Shown here: positions 45,982 to 58,185 of the stretch, in pieces
How positions within the stretch are numbered: position 1 is the first letter of the stretch
How the letters are laid out: every line of letters starts with the position of its first letter
Assembly (NCBI GenBank): GCA_001643675.2
Contig: LSRY02000016.1
Span: 1,426,001-1,490,000 of the forward strand
Reading direction: 5' to 3'
DNA length: 64,000 nucleotides
Source: Monocercomonoides exilis PA203
Taxonomy: Eukaryota > Protista > Preaxostyla
Notes under the pieces: model-generated
Databases searched by the model: none
Seen by the model: only the letters and a program-made list of their open reading frames with translations
Told to the model about the DNA's origin: nothing
Translations under genes and position numbers: made by a program

Positions 45982-48415
45982 ATGCTGATTTGTTGTTTAC
46001 TAAGCATTATTTTGTCGTGTCTCATTAATTGTGAGCATAAAGCATCTTCTGAATTGAACACTCAGCTGTTACAAGTTATTGCAATTGCATGCCATGGCGG
46101 AAGTGCTCCATCTAATAAAATACCTTCTCTCCCATGTCAAAAGCTGGAACAAGATACTGGGGCAATCACAAAGCAGGGAGCAAAAGAGAACTGGAATCTT
46201 GGAAATGAGTTGCATAATTCATATTCAACAATTATTGGTGCATATGACTCGAATAAGCATAAATTTTTTGCTGCAAATTCTCCAGATACATTAATGTCTG
46301 GACAAACAATTTTTCAAGGATTGTATCATGGAACATTTGAAACATCAACTCCGTATCCGGTATGTGATTGTTATTCTAATTTTAAAGACATTTTTGGATA
46401 ATATTTTTAATTTAGTCTGGATCAATTTACACTGAAACAAGGGCATTAGACAATGTGTTTTTATATAACGAAACTTGCGGAGAGTATTTATTTTTCAATT
46501 ATTTATTATTTTTTGACTATTGTTTTTATTTATACTGAAATTCAACTTCAAAGAGCTCTTTCAAGAGAAAGAGAGCATGTGACAAAATCAGATGCTTGGA
46601 ATAGTAAAATATCTGAAAATGAAGGATTCTTCAAGACTGTTACATCGGAAGGAAGATTTTCGGAGCAAGTTACGATGAATAATATTGAAAGTTTGATTCA
46701 TCATAAACATTTTTATTAGCTGAGCGAAAAGAAAATATCTTCAATGAATGTGATACTTGTAATAATATATCCCATGAAAATTTTTAGAAGCTTCGGAACA
46801 GATTAAAGAAGCAATTCATCATGGAGCAACAGGTGCTGGAGATCAATGCGTTTTCGCAAATAATACAATCAATGAGAAACTTATTGAACTTTCAAAATGG
46901 AAGGTGTGCATTTTTGCTGGCTTGGCTTTTTGTTTTATTTTTTTTTTAATCTTCGTGTAATCTTTTTATTTTAAATTTATTATCTTTTTATTTATTTATT
47001 TATTTATTAAACTACTAAATTTTACCATTAAATGAAATTATCGATTCATTTTTGTTAAATCAATTAATTGGCGTATGTATGCAATTAAAGAATAAAATGT
47101 TGAACAATCCAGAAGACGTTGATATTGCTAAAATGCAAATGACTCCATTCATACAAAAAGTTTGACCGAAAAAATATTTTTTGTTTTTGCTTTTTGGAAT
47201 AACAAAGAGAATTGTATTTGGATTTTTTTTATTTATTTGTGGCTTATTAATGATTTACTAATATTTTATGTAATTCGTTATTATTAATTAATTAATTAAT
47301 TAATTTATTTAATTTTGTTTTTAACTAAATTTTTGTGTATGTGAATATGCTCAGATATATCCAGAGATAGAAAAAAGGATGGAATCATATGATGCGTATA
47401 ATTTTCTGATGTTTGTTGGATCTCCGTCAAACTTGCTTGCTGCGTTGCAACTGTTTGGGCAGGCTGATGATGGTTTGTTGAAAATTTGAGAAAGAAATGA
47501 ATTAGAAATTACACACATAATGATGATAATTATTATTTTCATTGCTGTTTATTTGAGAATGGAGAGCATAAACAAATAGAGATTTTTAATTTTATTTATT
47601 AATTTGCTTAATCACAATATTCGTTACAATTTGGTTTTTTACTGGATAATTTAAATTTTAATTCTTTTTTTTTTTTCCTGAACTTCAAATTCAACTTTCC
47701 AGATGTTCCGTATGGCTCCGTGTTTTTCATTGAAGTGCACAACATCAACTCTGCTTTAATTCATCCTCCTGTTCCTGAAAGCCAGATCCGTCTGCGTGTG
47801 GGCTACCGGAAATACGATGTGAATACGCAAACGCTGAAGAGTTATGACGATGACGGAGAGCGAATCAGAGGGAAGGAGGAAGAGAGCGGGTGGAATCTTT
47901 CTCCAACTGTGTGTGGAGGAAAGCAGTTTTGCACTTTGGAGCAGTTGAGGAAGTGTGTAACGAGATGATGATTGAGAAAGATGGATTTTCGGAGTTGGGA
48001 AATATTAAGAAAATGAAAATGTTTTCTTTAAAAAAAAAAAGAAAAAAAAAAAAAAAAAAAAAACATTTTATTTCACTAATAAGATTTCAACTTTTCAATT
48101 TTGTTAATATGCTGTAAATTTCTTTTGGAATCTTTTGCCTTTTCTGTTGTTGTTTTGATCTTTAGTCTCACTTTCACAATGGAAGAGTGGAAGCGCCGGT
48201 GCGAAGTGGCTCGCTATAACGAAATTGAGCCAGAAACGAAGTTTTCTTTCACAACAAAGGAAATTGTTGTCATTGCGATCGTTGGAGGGCTCCTGTTTAT
48301 TGCGCTTGTGGTGCTATTTGTGTTCCTTATCAGAAATTTCTGCTTGAATGATACTCTTAAGAAAGCCGGTGGCCTGAACGATGAGTACGGTCTTAGTGTG
48401 AAGATGAAGGATTAA
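45982..48415 (+). CDS. Membrane-anchored histidine acid phosphatase-like protein (clade 2), catalytic motif degenerate, multi-exon
   Basis: Signal peptide; LLQVIAIACHGGSAP at the RHGxRxP position, GAITKQGAKENWNLGNELHNSY, TLMSGQTIFQGLY, VPYGSVFFIEV, CGGKQFCTLEQL; C-terminal TM IVVIAIVGGLLFIALVVLFVFLI. Exact exon borders not resolved. Confidence 0.7.
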
Positions 48416-48881
48416 TATTCAGGCGAAGATATTATACATTTAGCAAAAGTTGGAATATTTTTTTAATTTATTGATTATTTTTATAGAAATATTTTGTTTT
48501 CTGTTCATCATGCCTCATTTCAATTTTTTTTAATTGTCAGTTTGAATTCGATTCTTTATGATGTTAAGGTTTTTATTTTATTTCTTTTCTTATCTTTTCT
48601 TTTCCATTTAAAGTGAATATTCAAAAGCCAAATCATTTTTTCATTTTTACATTCTTATTTGGACGTTTCTTTTTCTACCGTTTCGATCCACAAAATGATT
48701 TTGAAGTTTTAAAATTTTTACCAATTGATTATTTCTTCATTTCTTTTATATGTTATTCCAAAAATGATTGGTTAGTTCTTATTTTATCCAAATTTTCACA
48801 CTCAATATGCATTATCCTCGATTTCTATTGGAATGAGTTTGTTAGCATAAAAGAATTAGATTATTTCAAATCATTGGATGA

Positions 48882-49008
48882 AATTTGAATAAGAAATTTC
48901 AATTCGAATAACTTCATTTTATTCGAATAAAATATAAGTTTATTTGAATAAGGCACACTTAATTCAAAAAAACTCACTTCATTCAAGGATTCCCAACTTC
49001 ATTTGAGT
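48882..49008. repeat. Degenerate 19-21 bp minisatellite (ATTYGAATAA-led units)
   Basis: About 6 units starting ATTTGAATAA, ATTCGAATAA or ATTCAA. Related array at 53126-53230. Confidence 0.55.
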
Positions 49009-50629
49009 TTCTGTATTGTTCTGATTTCAAAAAGAACAGAATAATGAACATTATTATTTGAATGTTTGATTAAAATTGTTTTTATGTGTTTTTCACTTTT
49101 GTGAAAAAGTTAAAAGATGATTTCTTTTTTCTGAAATTCAAAAATATGATCAAATTGATTATAATGCATTTTAAAGAAATTCCAAACATGCAAACTTTAT
49201 AAAAACATTAATTAGAAACAATTTTTGACGTTTTTCTAACTATGTGAAATTGTAAAAAAAGAAAAATAATAAAAATATGGAAATGCTTTATTACAAATGT
49301 TCGATATTTGGCTAACACAACAATAGATCATTATGCAAGCGAAATGCATGGAGCTAACAATTTCTTTTAAAGCGGATGATAATAACTTTTATGCGCAAAT
49401 TCTTGATGGAATGTTAAATAAAGATTAATAGTTCAATTGTGCCTTCTTGGCGCATTGATGCAGTGTTGATCTTGAAATATGCAGATACGAACGAGAAATA
49501 ATGCTTTATGTTTGTATAGAATGTTTGTTTTTGAAAGATGTTGAATTTATTGAAATACATCATTTGCACGTTCGTGCTTAAATTAAGGCTACAAAATGAA
49601 AAATGCAGAACAAAAAGAACGAGCAACACAGAGAGATATACTTTGTTGCTTTGAAAAGGAAGAAGTCCATTTGCTCCAAGATGAAGAAAAGTGAAGAAAT
49701 AATTTATGAATGAAAGAAAGGCAGATGAAAAAAGGGAGATATCCAAAGATTGAGAGTGCAGCAAGATAGCACAAAACACATGTCATTTGATCTTGATGAT
49801 GAAATGTTAAAGTTGAAAGATGTTTTGATCGAAACAAAGGAAATGAAAGAGGAAAAAGAGGAAAGGAAGAAACAGAAATGAATTGTCATATGTTTTCTAT
49901 TTTTGTTGGCAAGAGGAAAAAAGGCACTCCGAACGTTTGAAGGATTCACTGGTTACTGTTCCAAAAAATAAAGTCACAGAAGCAAAAGACACAAGCATGA
50001 AGAAAAGGATTCCATTGAATTTCTCTGTAAATAGTTTTTTAATATTCATCTTCACAATCAATAGCTAATCGACTCATTCAACTCGTTGGCCGACTTTTTC
50101 TTCAATGAATTGAAGCCTAATCACACAAATTCTTCGACTGCTTCATCATTCATTTCGTCTGATAGAATATCTTCGATTTTTGCATCTGTGTCAGAGGTAA
50201 CAAGAGAAATGAAAATGAAGCAAAGCAACCGACTTTGGCAATGATGTTTTATTCTGAAAATGATAATGAGTATTTAAACAAATGGAAAATGAAGACAGGC
50301 AAGACAACCAACTTAAAGCTTGCGAACCTGTTTTTCATCTGGAATTGGAGCTTTGCAGACTTCATCTTTTGCGGATAACATAGCAAGCATTTTGTGGAAT
50401 CTGTCTGATGCCTCATAGCTTCTGTGGGATATTTGTTTGAATCAACAGAATGAGCAGATAACAGCAATTACTGCATTCTCCATTTCTAAATTGATCTTTT
50501 CACATATTCCACATTTAATTCATCTGATGTTAGACCAGAACGATTATTCATTCATCATCAGCATAACTTCTTCATCTTCTAATTTCAACACAACTTTTTA
50601 AGAAACCCTGTTCCATCTGTTTCCATCGC

Positions 50630-51350
50630 TCGAGAACTGCGAGATTTTGCAGCTGGTTGATCTTTCTGATCCGAATGTGGATGTTGTGTTTGTGGATCCA
50701 TTGGAGCTGTTGTATGACACGAAAGCCTATTTCAAAAAGCTTCTTGTGGCAGGGGCAGCGCAGCAGTCGTCTCTTCGCTCAGCGCCTTCGTCTTCTTCAA
50801 CAGGAGCAGTACGCCGATCAACTTCGCCATTCCGGAGGCGGAGAAACGAAAAGAAGAAAGCAGCAGAAGATGATCAGCCATCATCAGCACCTGCGATTGA
50901 CCCTTTGGATGTATTTGCGGTGGCTGCTTCAAACACATCGGAAGCATCGATGGAATACATCGAGAAGTGGCTGAGGTGAATGTGAGTCGCATGCTGCTGT
51001 TGATGCTGCTGCTGCTGTCGCCGCGGGCGCTGCAGACGCTGCGGGGATATGTTGTGGCGCGGCGGGCGGTGCTGTATAGGGGTGTTGTGTGTGCATACGA
51101 TGTGGAGCTTTCAGCGATGCTTTCGGTTCCGCTGGTGGGTCCGCTTCCGCCGCTTGCAGCGTCGGTGGGCACGAAGTCGGTAAGCAAGCGGATCTTTGCA
51201 GCGGCAGATGTGAGTGTGTTCCCGTCAATCTTCGATCTGTTTGACCCTTCAATGCAGATATGGCGATCGTCTCAGATGTAATGTTTGGTGGAGAAGTTGA
51301 AAGATGAAGTGATGGGGCGAGGGGTTACAGCGTGTAAAGTGGGGGAGATT
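50630..51350 (+). pseudogene. IQCH-like (IQ motif-containing H) gene fragment
   Basis: DLSDPNVDVVFV...YFKKLL, then LSPRALQTLRGYV...DVELSAMLSVPLVGPLPPLAASVGTKSVSKRIFAAADVSVFPSIFDLFD, then a KLKDEVMGRG-like stretch. These follow the IQCH core motifs as I recall them. Frameshift at ~50970 and stops. Confidence 0.65.
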
Positions 51351-51708
51351 GTGTAGAAGGGGCCGGAGGCTGTGGGGCTGAGGATGGAGGATAAAAGATG
51401 AAGTTCTCCAACATGCAGCGATTACGCTGTCAATACTGGAGGAAAGAGAGCAAGCTGAAAAAGGTGGAGCAGAAGAGGATAAAGAAAAAGAAAAAGAGGA
51501 TTTGAAGTTAACTATTAATGAACATGAATTACAAAAGCAGAAGGAAGAAATAATGAGATAGATTTATGAGATCCAGGAGAGGAGTGGATGCGTAAATTAA
51601 GCATCATCAAAGGAAGATTTGAAAAATTCAGAGGAGAAACGGTAGAAATAGGAAGAAAAGGCAAAGAAGAAAAGAAAGAAAAGTCTGTGGGAATATGGTG
51701 TATGGAAT

Positions 51709-52800
51709 TTATTTGAAGGAAAAAAGGGAGAAGAGATGAAAGGGAGCAAATGTTGGTAATCTCTTTTCCAAAAGTTCCGATATTTCAAACTCTTTTCGTT
51801 GGAATTGATGATCTGCATTCTTCAAATGGGGATTGAGTGAAGGAATAACCACTGAAGAACACATCATTACCCTTCCATTTGTTGCAGCGTTGCCATCAAA
51901 AAAGCAGAATGTGATGAATTTCATTCCATTCATCAAATCATATGTTCTTGTGCCACACAACGCAGCACCACCGTAGGAAGTTGATGAACTTGTTAATTTG
52001 TTGTTGATGAACTGGCACTCTTGGAGCAAATATTGAAGAGGCATTACTGGTGGAGGGTAATGAAATGTGACTGCCCCAGCCGCATCACCACCAGTATTTG
52101 CAACGCAGACACAATTTTTGAACAAGAATTTTGCATCTGATGTCATATTGTCAAGCACGATATCCCAACCAGTTCCAATGTTGCTTCTTATTGAGCAATT
52201 ATCCACTCGGTTTTGTTGAATTGTCCAAACAGAATTTGTTTGTGGACTCCATATTTTCGCAGCTCCTCCATGAAGCGCAGAACAACTTGAAATATTCGAT
52301 TTTGTGATGCTGATTTGTAATAAATATTGACAGAATATCGCTCCACCACAACATCCATTTAATGTGGTTGAACAATTGTGAAATGAACAAGAAGCGATTT
52401 CGAGATTTGCATTTGTGCAGTTGACTTTCAGAGCACCTCCGTGATCACTTCCGCTATTTGAGTCATTCCATTTGCACCATTCAAAGAGATAGCTATTCAA
52501 ATCAGAAAAGGATAATCGACTTAATTTATTTCTTTGAGATTCTGTTGCAACATGAACCACAGAGGCATTTGGAGAAGAACGTGTTTGGTGGAGGAAAGAG
52601 ACGTGGAATTCAAAAGGAGAAGTGGATGGGCTGTTGGGATTGGGGAGGATGACACTATCGATGTGATTGCAAGTATGGAGGGTGAGAGAGAAAATAATGC
52701 AAAAAGAATGGAGATATGAAGAAGAAAAAGAAGAAAACAAAGGCTTGCTCATAAGCTTCCAAATTGCATTACGTGCATTTTTGCAGTTGTTTATGTTTTA
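51709..52800 (-). pseudogene. Stand-alone N-terminal beta-helix (GGAI-repeat) module of the surface receptor family, frameshifted near 51868
   Basis: FEWCKWNDS...GGAL, CSFHNCS...GGAIFC, FCFFDGNAATNGR(GNDVFF) parallel the N-terminal modules of copies A and B. No TM or kinase domain follows. Confidence 0.7.
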
Positions 52801-53125
52801 GACAATGAAACTGTTCGGAGCATTTCACTTTTCCTCTCAACATTTTTATCCTAATGAAAATCGTATCATTTGTGTTTTTTTTCAAAATAAACACAAAAAT
52901 ATAAGCGAAACAAATTGTCAACTCACAAAATTTTTATTTATTATGTCTTTGAAGCTCATTTTGTTGTAATTTTGTCTCAATTCCAATTAATATCAAAATG
53001 ATCAAAAACGTAGTAAAAAACCGGATTATTAATACTTGAAAAAACAACGCCAAATGAACCAATTAGCAATTTTGAAAAATGTTATATAATTTTTCAATAC
53101 TTTTCCAGGATGGGTTTCAGCGTTA

Positions 53126-53230
53126 ATTTGAATAAACATGCTTCATTTAAAAAAAACCAACTTCATTTAAAATAAACTCACTTTATTTGAATAGAATGGA
53201 TTTATTTGAATTGAAGGAGTTTATTCAAAT
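53126..53230. repeat. Degenerate 19-20 bp minisatellite, same family as 48882-49008
   Basis: Units ATTTGAATAAACATGCTTC, ATTTAAAATAAACTCACTTT, ATTTGAATAGAATGGATTT and similar. Confidence 0.55.
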
Positions 53231-53783
53231 TTCATCTATTCTCTTTGCAATCTCAGATTTTGAATCATCGAAAAAATATTGTTTTTTTGGAAAGAATATT
53301 TTGTTCACTAATTCTTGAGGAGAAAAAATAGTAAATATGAGCACATTATAATTGTTCAATTTATAACACCAATAATAATTCAACTTCAAAAAATAAAAAT
53401 TCAATTTCTGAATTAATTCTTCAATTAAGAAGAGAAATAATTCAAACATGGAATATATTATTCATTATTGAAAAAGTTTTTTCAATATCGAAATTAATTT
53501 TCCATAAATTCTTTCTTTTCTTGATAATAGATTTTTGAAAATGGAAAGTTGTAATTCAATAAATAATAACAATAATTACAGAATTTTTATTGAAATGAAA
53601 CGATATATCCATTTTTTGAAGATTTAAAAATAAAAAAATTAAAAAATAAATAACATTACAGTTTTATTTGAAGGATCTAATTTCAAAACTTTGAATTATT
53701 AATCTGAAACAAATCATATCACAGTCACGTTTTCCGATTAAAAAAATGCAGACTGTTTGTGTTTCAAGATGAAAAAAGATATA

Positions 53784-54787
53784 GTGGTTTTTTATCAGGA
53801 CTTTTTTTTATCAGGACAAAAATTTAAAATTCAAATATATCAACAAATATTCAATATTAATTTACAGCAATTTGCACAGTTGTATGTTAGTATATATGAC
53901 ATCGATTTATATGCAAAATTTTATAGAAATGTTGTATATTTTTTGGAAAAAAAATTTTTTTTGAAAATCTGACTTTTGATGAATTTTTCTATTTTGATAA
54001 AATGATTCAATTCATTTTTTATACATAGCGCTTATTTTTTCTACGTAATAAACAATTTTGGTTATTTTTTATTTTTACTTATTTGCTCGTTTTGACTGAA
54101 TGAAAAGCAATCATTTTTGAAAAATTTTTGTCAATAGGAAAACTAAAAAAAAAATATTTTTTGCAAAACTCAAAAACAACCAAGTGAATAAAATGCATTC
54201 ATTAATTAATATAATAGTTAAAAAAAAAAATACTGCATTGTTGTAATTTAAAATGATTTCATAATTATTTCAAATAATTAATAATTATAAAATTTTCTGA
54301 AAATTAAACTGAAAAATTCATTAATTACAACAATGCAGTATTTTTTTTTTTAACTATTATATTAATTAATGAATGCATTTTATTCACTTGGTTGTTTTTG
54401 AGTTTTGCAAAAAATATTTTTTTTTTAGTTTTCCTATTGACAAAAATTTTTCAAAAATGATTGCTTTTCATTCAGTCAAAACGAGCAAATAAGTAAAAAT
54501 AAAAAATAACCAAAATTGTTTATTACGTAGAAAAAATAAGCGCTATGTATAAAAAATGAATTGAATCATTTTATCAAAATAGAAAAATTCATCAAAAGTC
54601 AGATTTTCAAAAAAAATTTTTTTTCCAAAAAATATACAACATTTCTATAAAATTTTGCATATAAATCGATGTCATATATACTAACATACAACTGTGCAAA
54701 TTGCTGTAAATTAATATTGAATATTTGTTGATATATTTGAATTTTAAATTTTTGTCCTGATAAAAAAAAGTCCTGATAAAAAACCAC
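53784..54787. repeat. Apparently perfect palindrome/foldback element: 465-bp arms (53784-54248, 54323-54787), 74-bp spacer
   Basis: Paired coordinates sum to 108571 at both ends; mirrored ORFs share an identical peptide; each terminus carries a doubled TTTTTTATCAGGAC motif. Confidence 0.92.
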
Positions 54788-55325
54788 AGTCTCATAGATG
54801 AAAATTAAAAAACTCAGACTCAAAATTAAGAAATCAGTTTTTTTCATTGATGGTCAAACAAGACTTTAAAGATTTGAAAAATTCAAAACTTCTTGTTTCA
54901 TTTTCGATATTTTTTCTTACTGGGTGAAAATTCGGACTTTCAAGCTTTTTATACACAGAGCTGAAAAAGAATTTATTTTTCTCATTTCTTTAATGAACTT
55001 GATCAGATTTCAAAATAAATTTGATTTTCATGTCAGTGCAAAAACGAAATTGATATTATGACATTATTTTTTGTGACCTTACACGTATTTCTAAAAATGA
55101 ACTCATTTTTTTTGATTTTTTATCATTTAAAATCAAAAAAAATTTATTATTATTTGTTGAAAATGCCTGAAGTTTCAAGTATTTCACCATCTTCACAAAA
55201 AATTTCATTGAATCTTTTTTATCCGAATCCGAAGCGTTTTTCTAAATCATTTTTCATTTCAACATTCTTCAATAAACATCCAACTCGTTTTCATTTTGTA
55301 TTCAGAACTTTCAATGCAACAAAAG

Positions 55326-56670
55326 TCAAATTGATTTCTTTTTTGGGAAGGAAGAGGATAAGTTGATGATTGAGGAAGTTTCATCAGAACTGGACCAGAG
55401 GAGTCTTTCATCGTGCTGCTGCACTTGAATGCTCTTTTGATGACAGAATGTTATAGCGCTGAATGAATTGATTGCAGGAGAGCTTCCACATGAGCAATAC
55501 TCTTCACAGTCATTAATGAAAAAAGTGTTTCGCAATGAGAACTCATCTCTAACTGCAGGACTGCAAATGCGTCTCAGTTCAGTGGCTGGCATATGTGTAT
55601 TCTGTGAGTGAAAAAAAAACTCAACACCCACATTTTCTTTTTTGAATTCTCTCCAGATTGTTGGATCTGCTTGAAAATCGTGTGAGTCGATTATAAGCAA
55701 GCAGTGTAATTCGTTGATTAACAAGCGATTTCTTCTTTCTTTGATCGAAGGGAGAAGTATTGAAAGTGCATATTTCCTTAACGTCGAAGATTTCATCCAT
55801 CCGCATTTGTTCCGGCATATTACAAGATTTGAAGATTGAAATAACTTTAACTCATCAGAGAGTTTAAGACTTGGCCACAGAATCACTGAAGGAAACGATT
55901 GACCATAGGCCACAACAACCGCAATCAAAGAAGGATTCTCCATTTTCCCTGCAGATTTGGTGAGATCAGGTTATGCATTTGCTCGAAGCATGACATTACG
56001 ATTGGAGCTATCAGGAACATTGAGCGATGACTTGTCCATGTTGAATATCAGTGCATTATTACAAATGCAGTTCTGATGCAATCCATCGAGCGTATCATTC
56101 AGGGGCTATCGAACTTATAGAAATGATACTGCAAGCCTGTTTGTGTCAACAATTATGGATACGAAATATTCAACTGGAGGAATATTTTGATGAAGTCGTA
56201 GGCTCCAAAAGCAGAAACTTTAACATTTGGCGTGCATTATGGGTTTTTATAACAAAAATGACATTTTCAATAAAATAAATGAAATTCAATGCATTTCAAA
56301 GATTATTAACACAAACTTGTTCACCCACTTTCTTGATGGTTCGGAATAAAACAAATTGTTTTCAAATATTAATATCGTTCAACACATTATGCTCTTTGTT
56401 TCCTATGATAACAGCAAACCATCTTGTTTTAGAAACCAATCTGCCTAACCAAATAGCCTAAGGAGCGTGATTAATTCGAATGTTTAAAATAAATTTCTTT
56501 TCAAAGAATCCACATAATCAAAGATCCATCATTGTCAAAATGATCCATTATCCACATAGGATTTCTAAATTGCCTGAACTTTTATGACTGCATTGCCTCA
56601 CGCAGCTTCAGTCGACTGGTGGTATATTTTTCAGTGACTTCGTTTTCCTTGTTCATTTTTTGTGTTTTGA
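55326..56670 (-). mobile_element. Decayed pogo/Tigger-type (DDE_1) transposase
   Basis: Minus-strand RKWVNKF (HTH-like, ~56320) and LIFNMDKSSL (~56040), then ORF 55326-55943 with NKCGWMKS and CLLIIDSH (NxxGWM and LLILDGH motifs). Multiple stops and frameshifts; TIRs not identified. Confidence 0.8.
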
Positions 56671-56903
56671 TCATTTAGCAAATCATTAATTCATTAATTT
56701 GTGATAAAAATTTTTATTGAATTTCATTTTTTAACATTGAATGCAATTTGACAGTATTTAAAGCCTTCGAATTTGTTTCTGACAAAATAAAAATAAGAAG
56801 CTTTTGACACTCTTTTATCCCTAATCAGAATAAGGTTATGCATATAAATTAATTAATTCGAATGTCAATAATTATCTCAAGAACCAAAAAAAAATACTGG
56901 ATA

Positions 56904-57353
56904 CAGTCAAAACCGGATATTATCACATCGGATTTTGCACAACTTTTTGTGACTATATCCGATTGTGATAATATCCGATGATGCTTTACACAGAAAAAAA
57001 TAAAAATTAATTATAAATATAATCAATTTTGTGTCGATTTTTTTATTTTTTGAAATTCTGCACAAATACACTTTTTTTGATTAAAATAAAAATATTTATC
57101 TTTCATTCACATAATTAAAACTTATTTTAGCCTAATTATGAAAAGTCAAAATTTTCAATTATTGATCAAAAAAGCGATTTTTCAATGAAAAAATCACACA
57201 TAATAATAAAAAAATGTGATTATATATTTTCAGCCCCGTGATTGTGTGCGATGAAAAATGAATAAAAAACTGTCAAAAAATATCGGTGCATCGAAAAATG
57301 TGACTATAAACGAATGTGATACTATTCGAAGTGATTATATCCGGTTTAGGCTG
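56904..57353. mobile_element. pogo-like MITE (~450 bp)
   Basis: TA|CAGTCAAAACCGGATATTATCAC pairs with GTGATTATATCCGGTTTAGGCTG; subterminal GTGA(C/T)WATATCCG-like repeats. Confidence 0.75.
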
Positions 57354-57355
57354 TG

Positions 57356-57761
57356 TAGTTAGTGTTAATAATGGTGGACACTTTCAATAACTGTGGACAG
57401 TTGCATTATCTCAACAACCGTTGATAATTGCTTTTTGACAATTAACCCAATTATTCCCTCAATGAATGTGAACTTATAAGTCATACAGAAATGAAACAAC
57501 TTGCTCTGCAGAATTTTGAAAAAAGCATTTTAAATTTTCGGAGAAACTTGAAAAATCTTATATCTCCGAGTTTCTCTGAAAATTTGAAATGTCTTTTATT
57601 TCATTCTGCAGAGCAAGTTGTTTCATTTCTGTATGACTTATAAGTTCATATTCATTGAGGGAATAATTGGGTTAATTGTCAAAAAGCAATTATCAACGGT
57701 TGTTGAGATAATGCAACTGTCCACAGTTATTGAAAGTGTCCACCATTATTAACACTAACTA
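57356..57761. mobile_element. Young foldback MITE (~405 bp)
   Basis: About 158-bp near-perfect arms (one mismatch seen) starting TAGTTAGTGTTAATAATGGTGGACAC, followed by more degenerate inner pairing. Confidence 0.9.
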
Positions 57762-57826
57762 TATATCAAAACTTGCTATACGAAATATGAGATTGCTTTA
57801 ATAAAATGTTCAAATGAGGCAAAATA

Positions 57827-58185
57827 CAGTTTGCGCAAATAATACCGGACAAGATTGATATCTCAATAACCGCAAGAAGAAAAATTCTGATAATTTTCCA
57901 CAAAATATATCTCATCAACACAAACTCATGTGACATTCAAGACTTTTATAACTTTCTCGTTAATGTTCAGAAAAAAATTATTTTTGAAATCTGGGAAAAA
58001 CTTAAAATCCAATTTCTCCTTGATAGTGAAATATATTTTTTCTGAGTTCAAGCGAAGCTGTCCTGAAATTCTTATATGTCACGCGAGTTTGTATTGATGA
58101 GATATATTTTGAGGAAAATTTACAGAATTTTTCTTTTTGCGGTTATTGAGATATCGGTCTTGTCCGGTATTTTTTGCACAAACTG
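57827..58185. mobile_element. Tc1/pogo-like foldback MITE (~360 bp)
   Basis: TA|CAGTTTGCGCAAATAATACCGGACAAGA ... TCTTGTCCGGTATTTTTTGCACAAACTG|TA, with imperfect arms of ~115 bp. Confidence 0.85.

Noticed and set aside
1449-48415. Non-standard genetic code (TAA/TAG read as Gln, as in some metamonads)
   Set aside because: Conserved genes end at TAA, TAG or TGA at the expected positions, and in-frame stops are explained by introns.
48882-49008. Short periodic repeats as a possible CRISPR array
   Set aside because: Units are degenerate, 19-21 bp, with no unique spacers and no cas genes, in a eukaryotic context.
53757-54847. Twin ORFs 53757-53972 and 54599-54847 as duplicated genes
   Set aside because: AT-rich chance ORFs mirrored by the palindrome.
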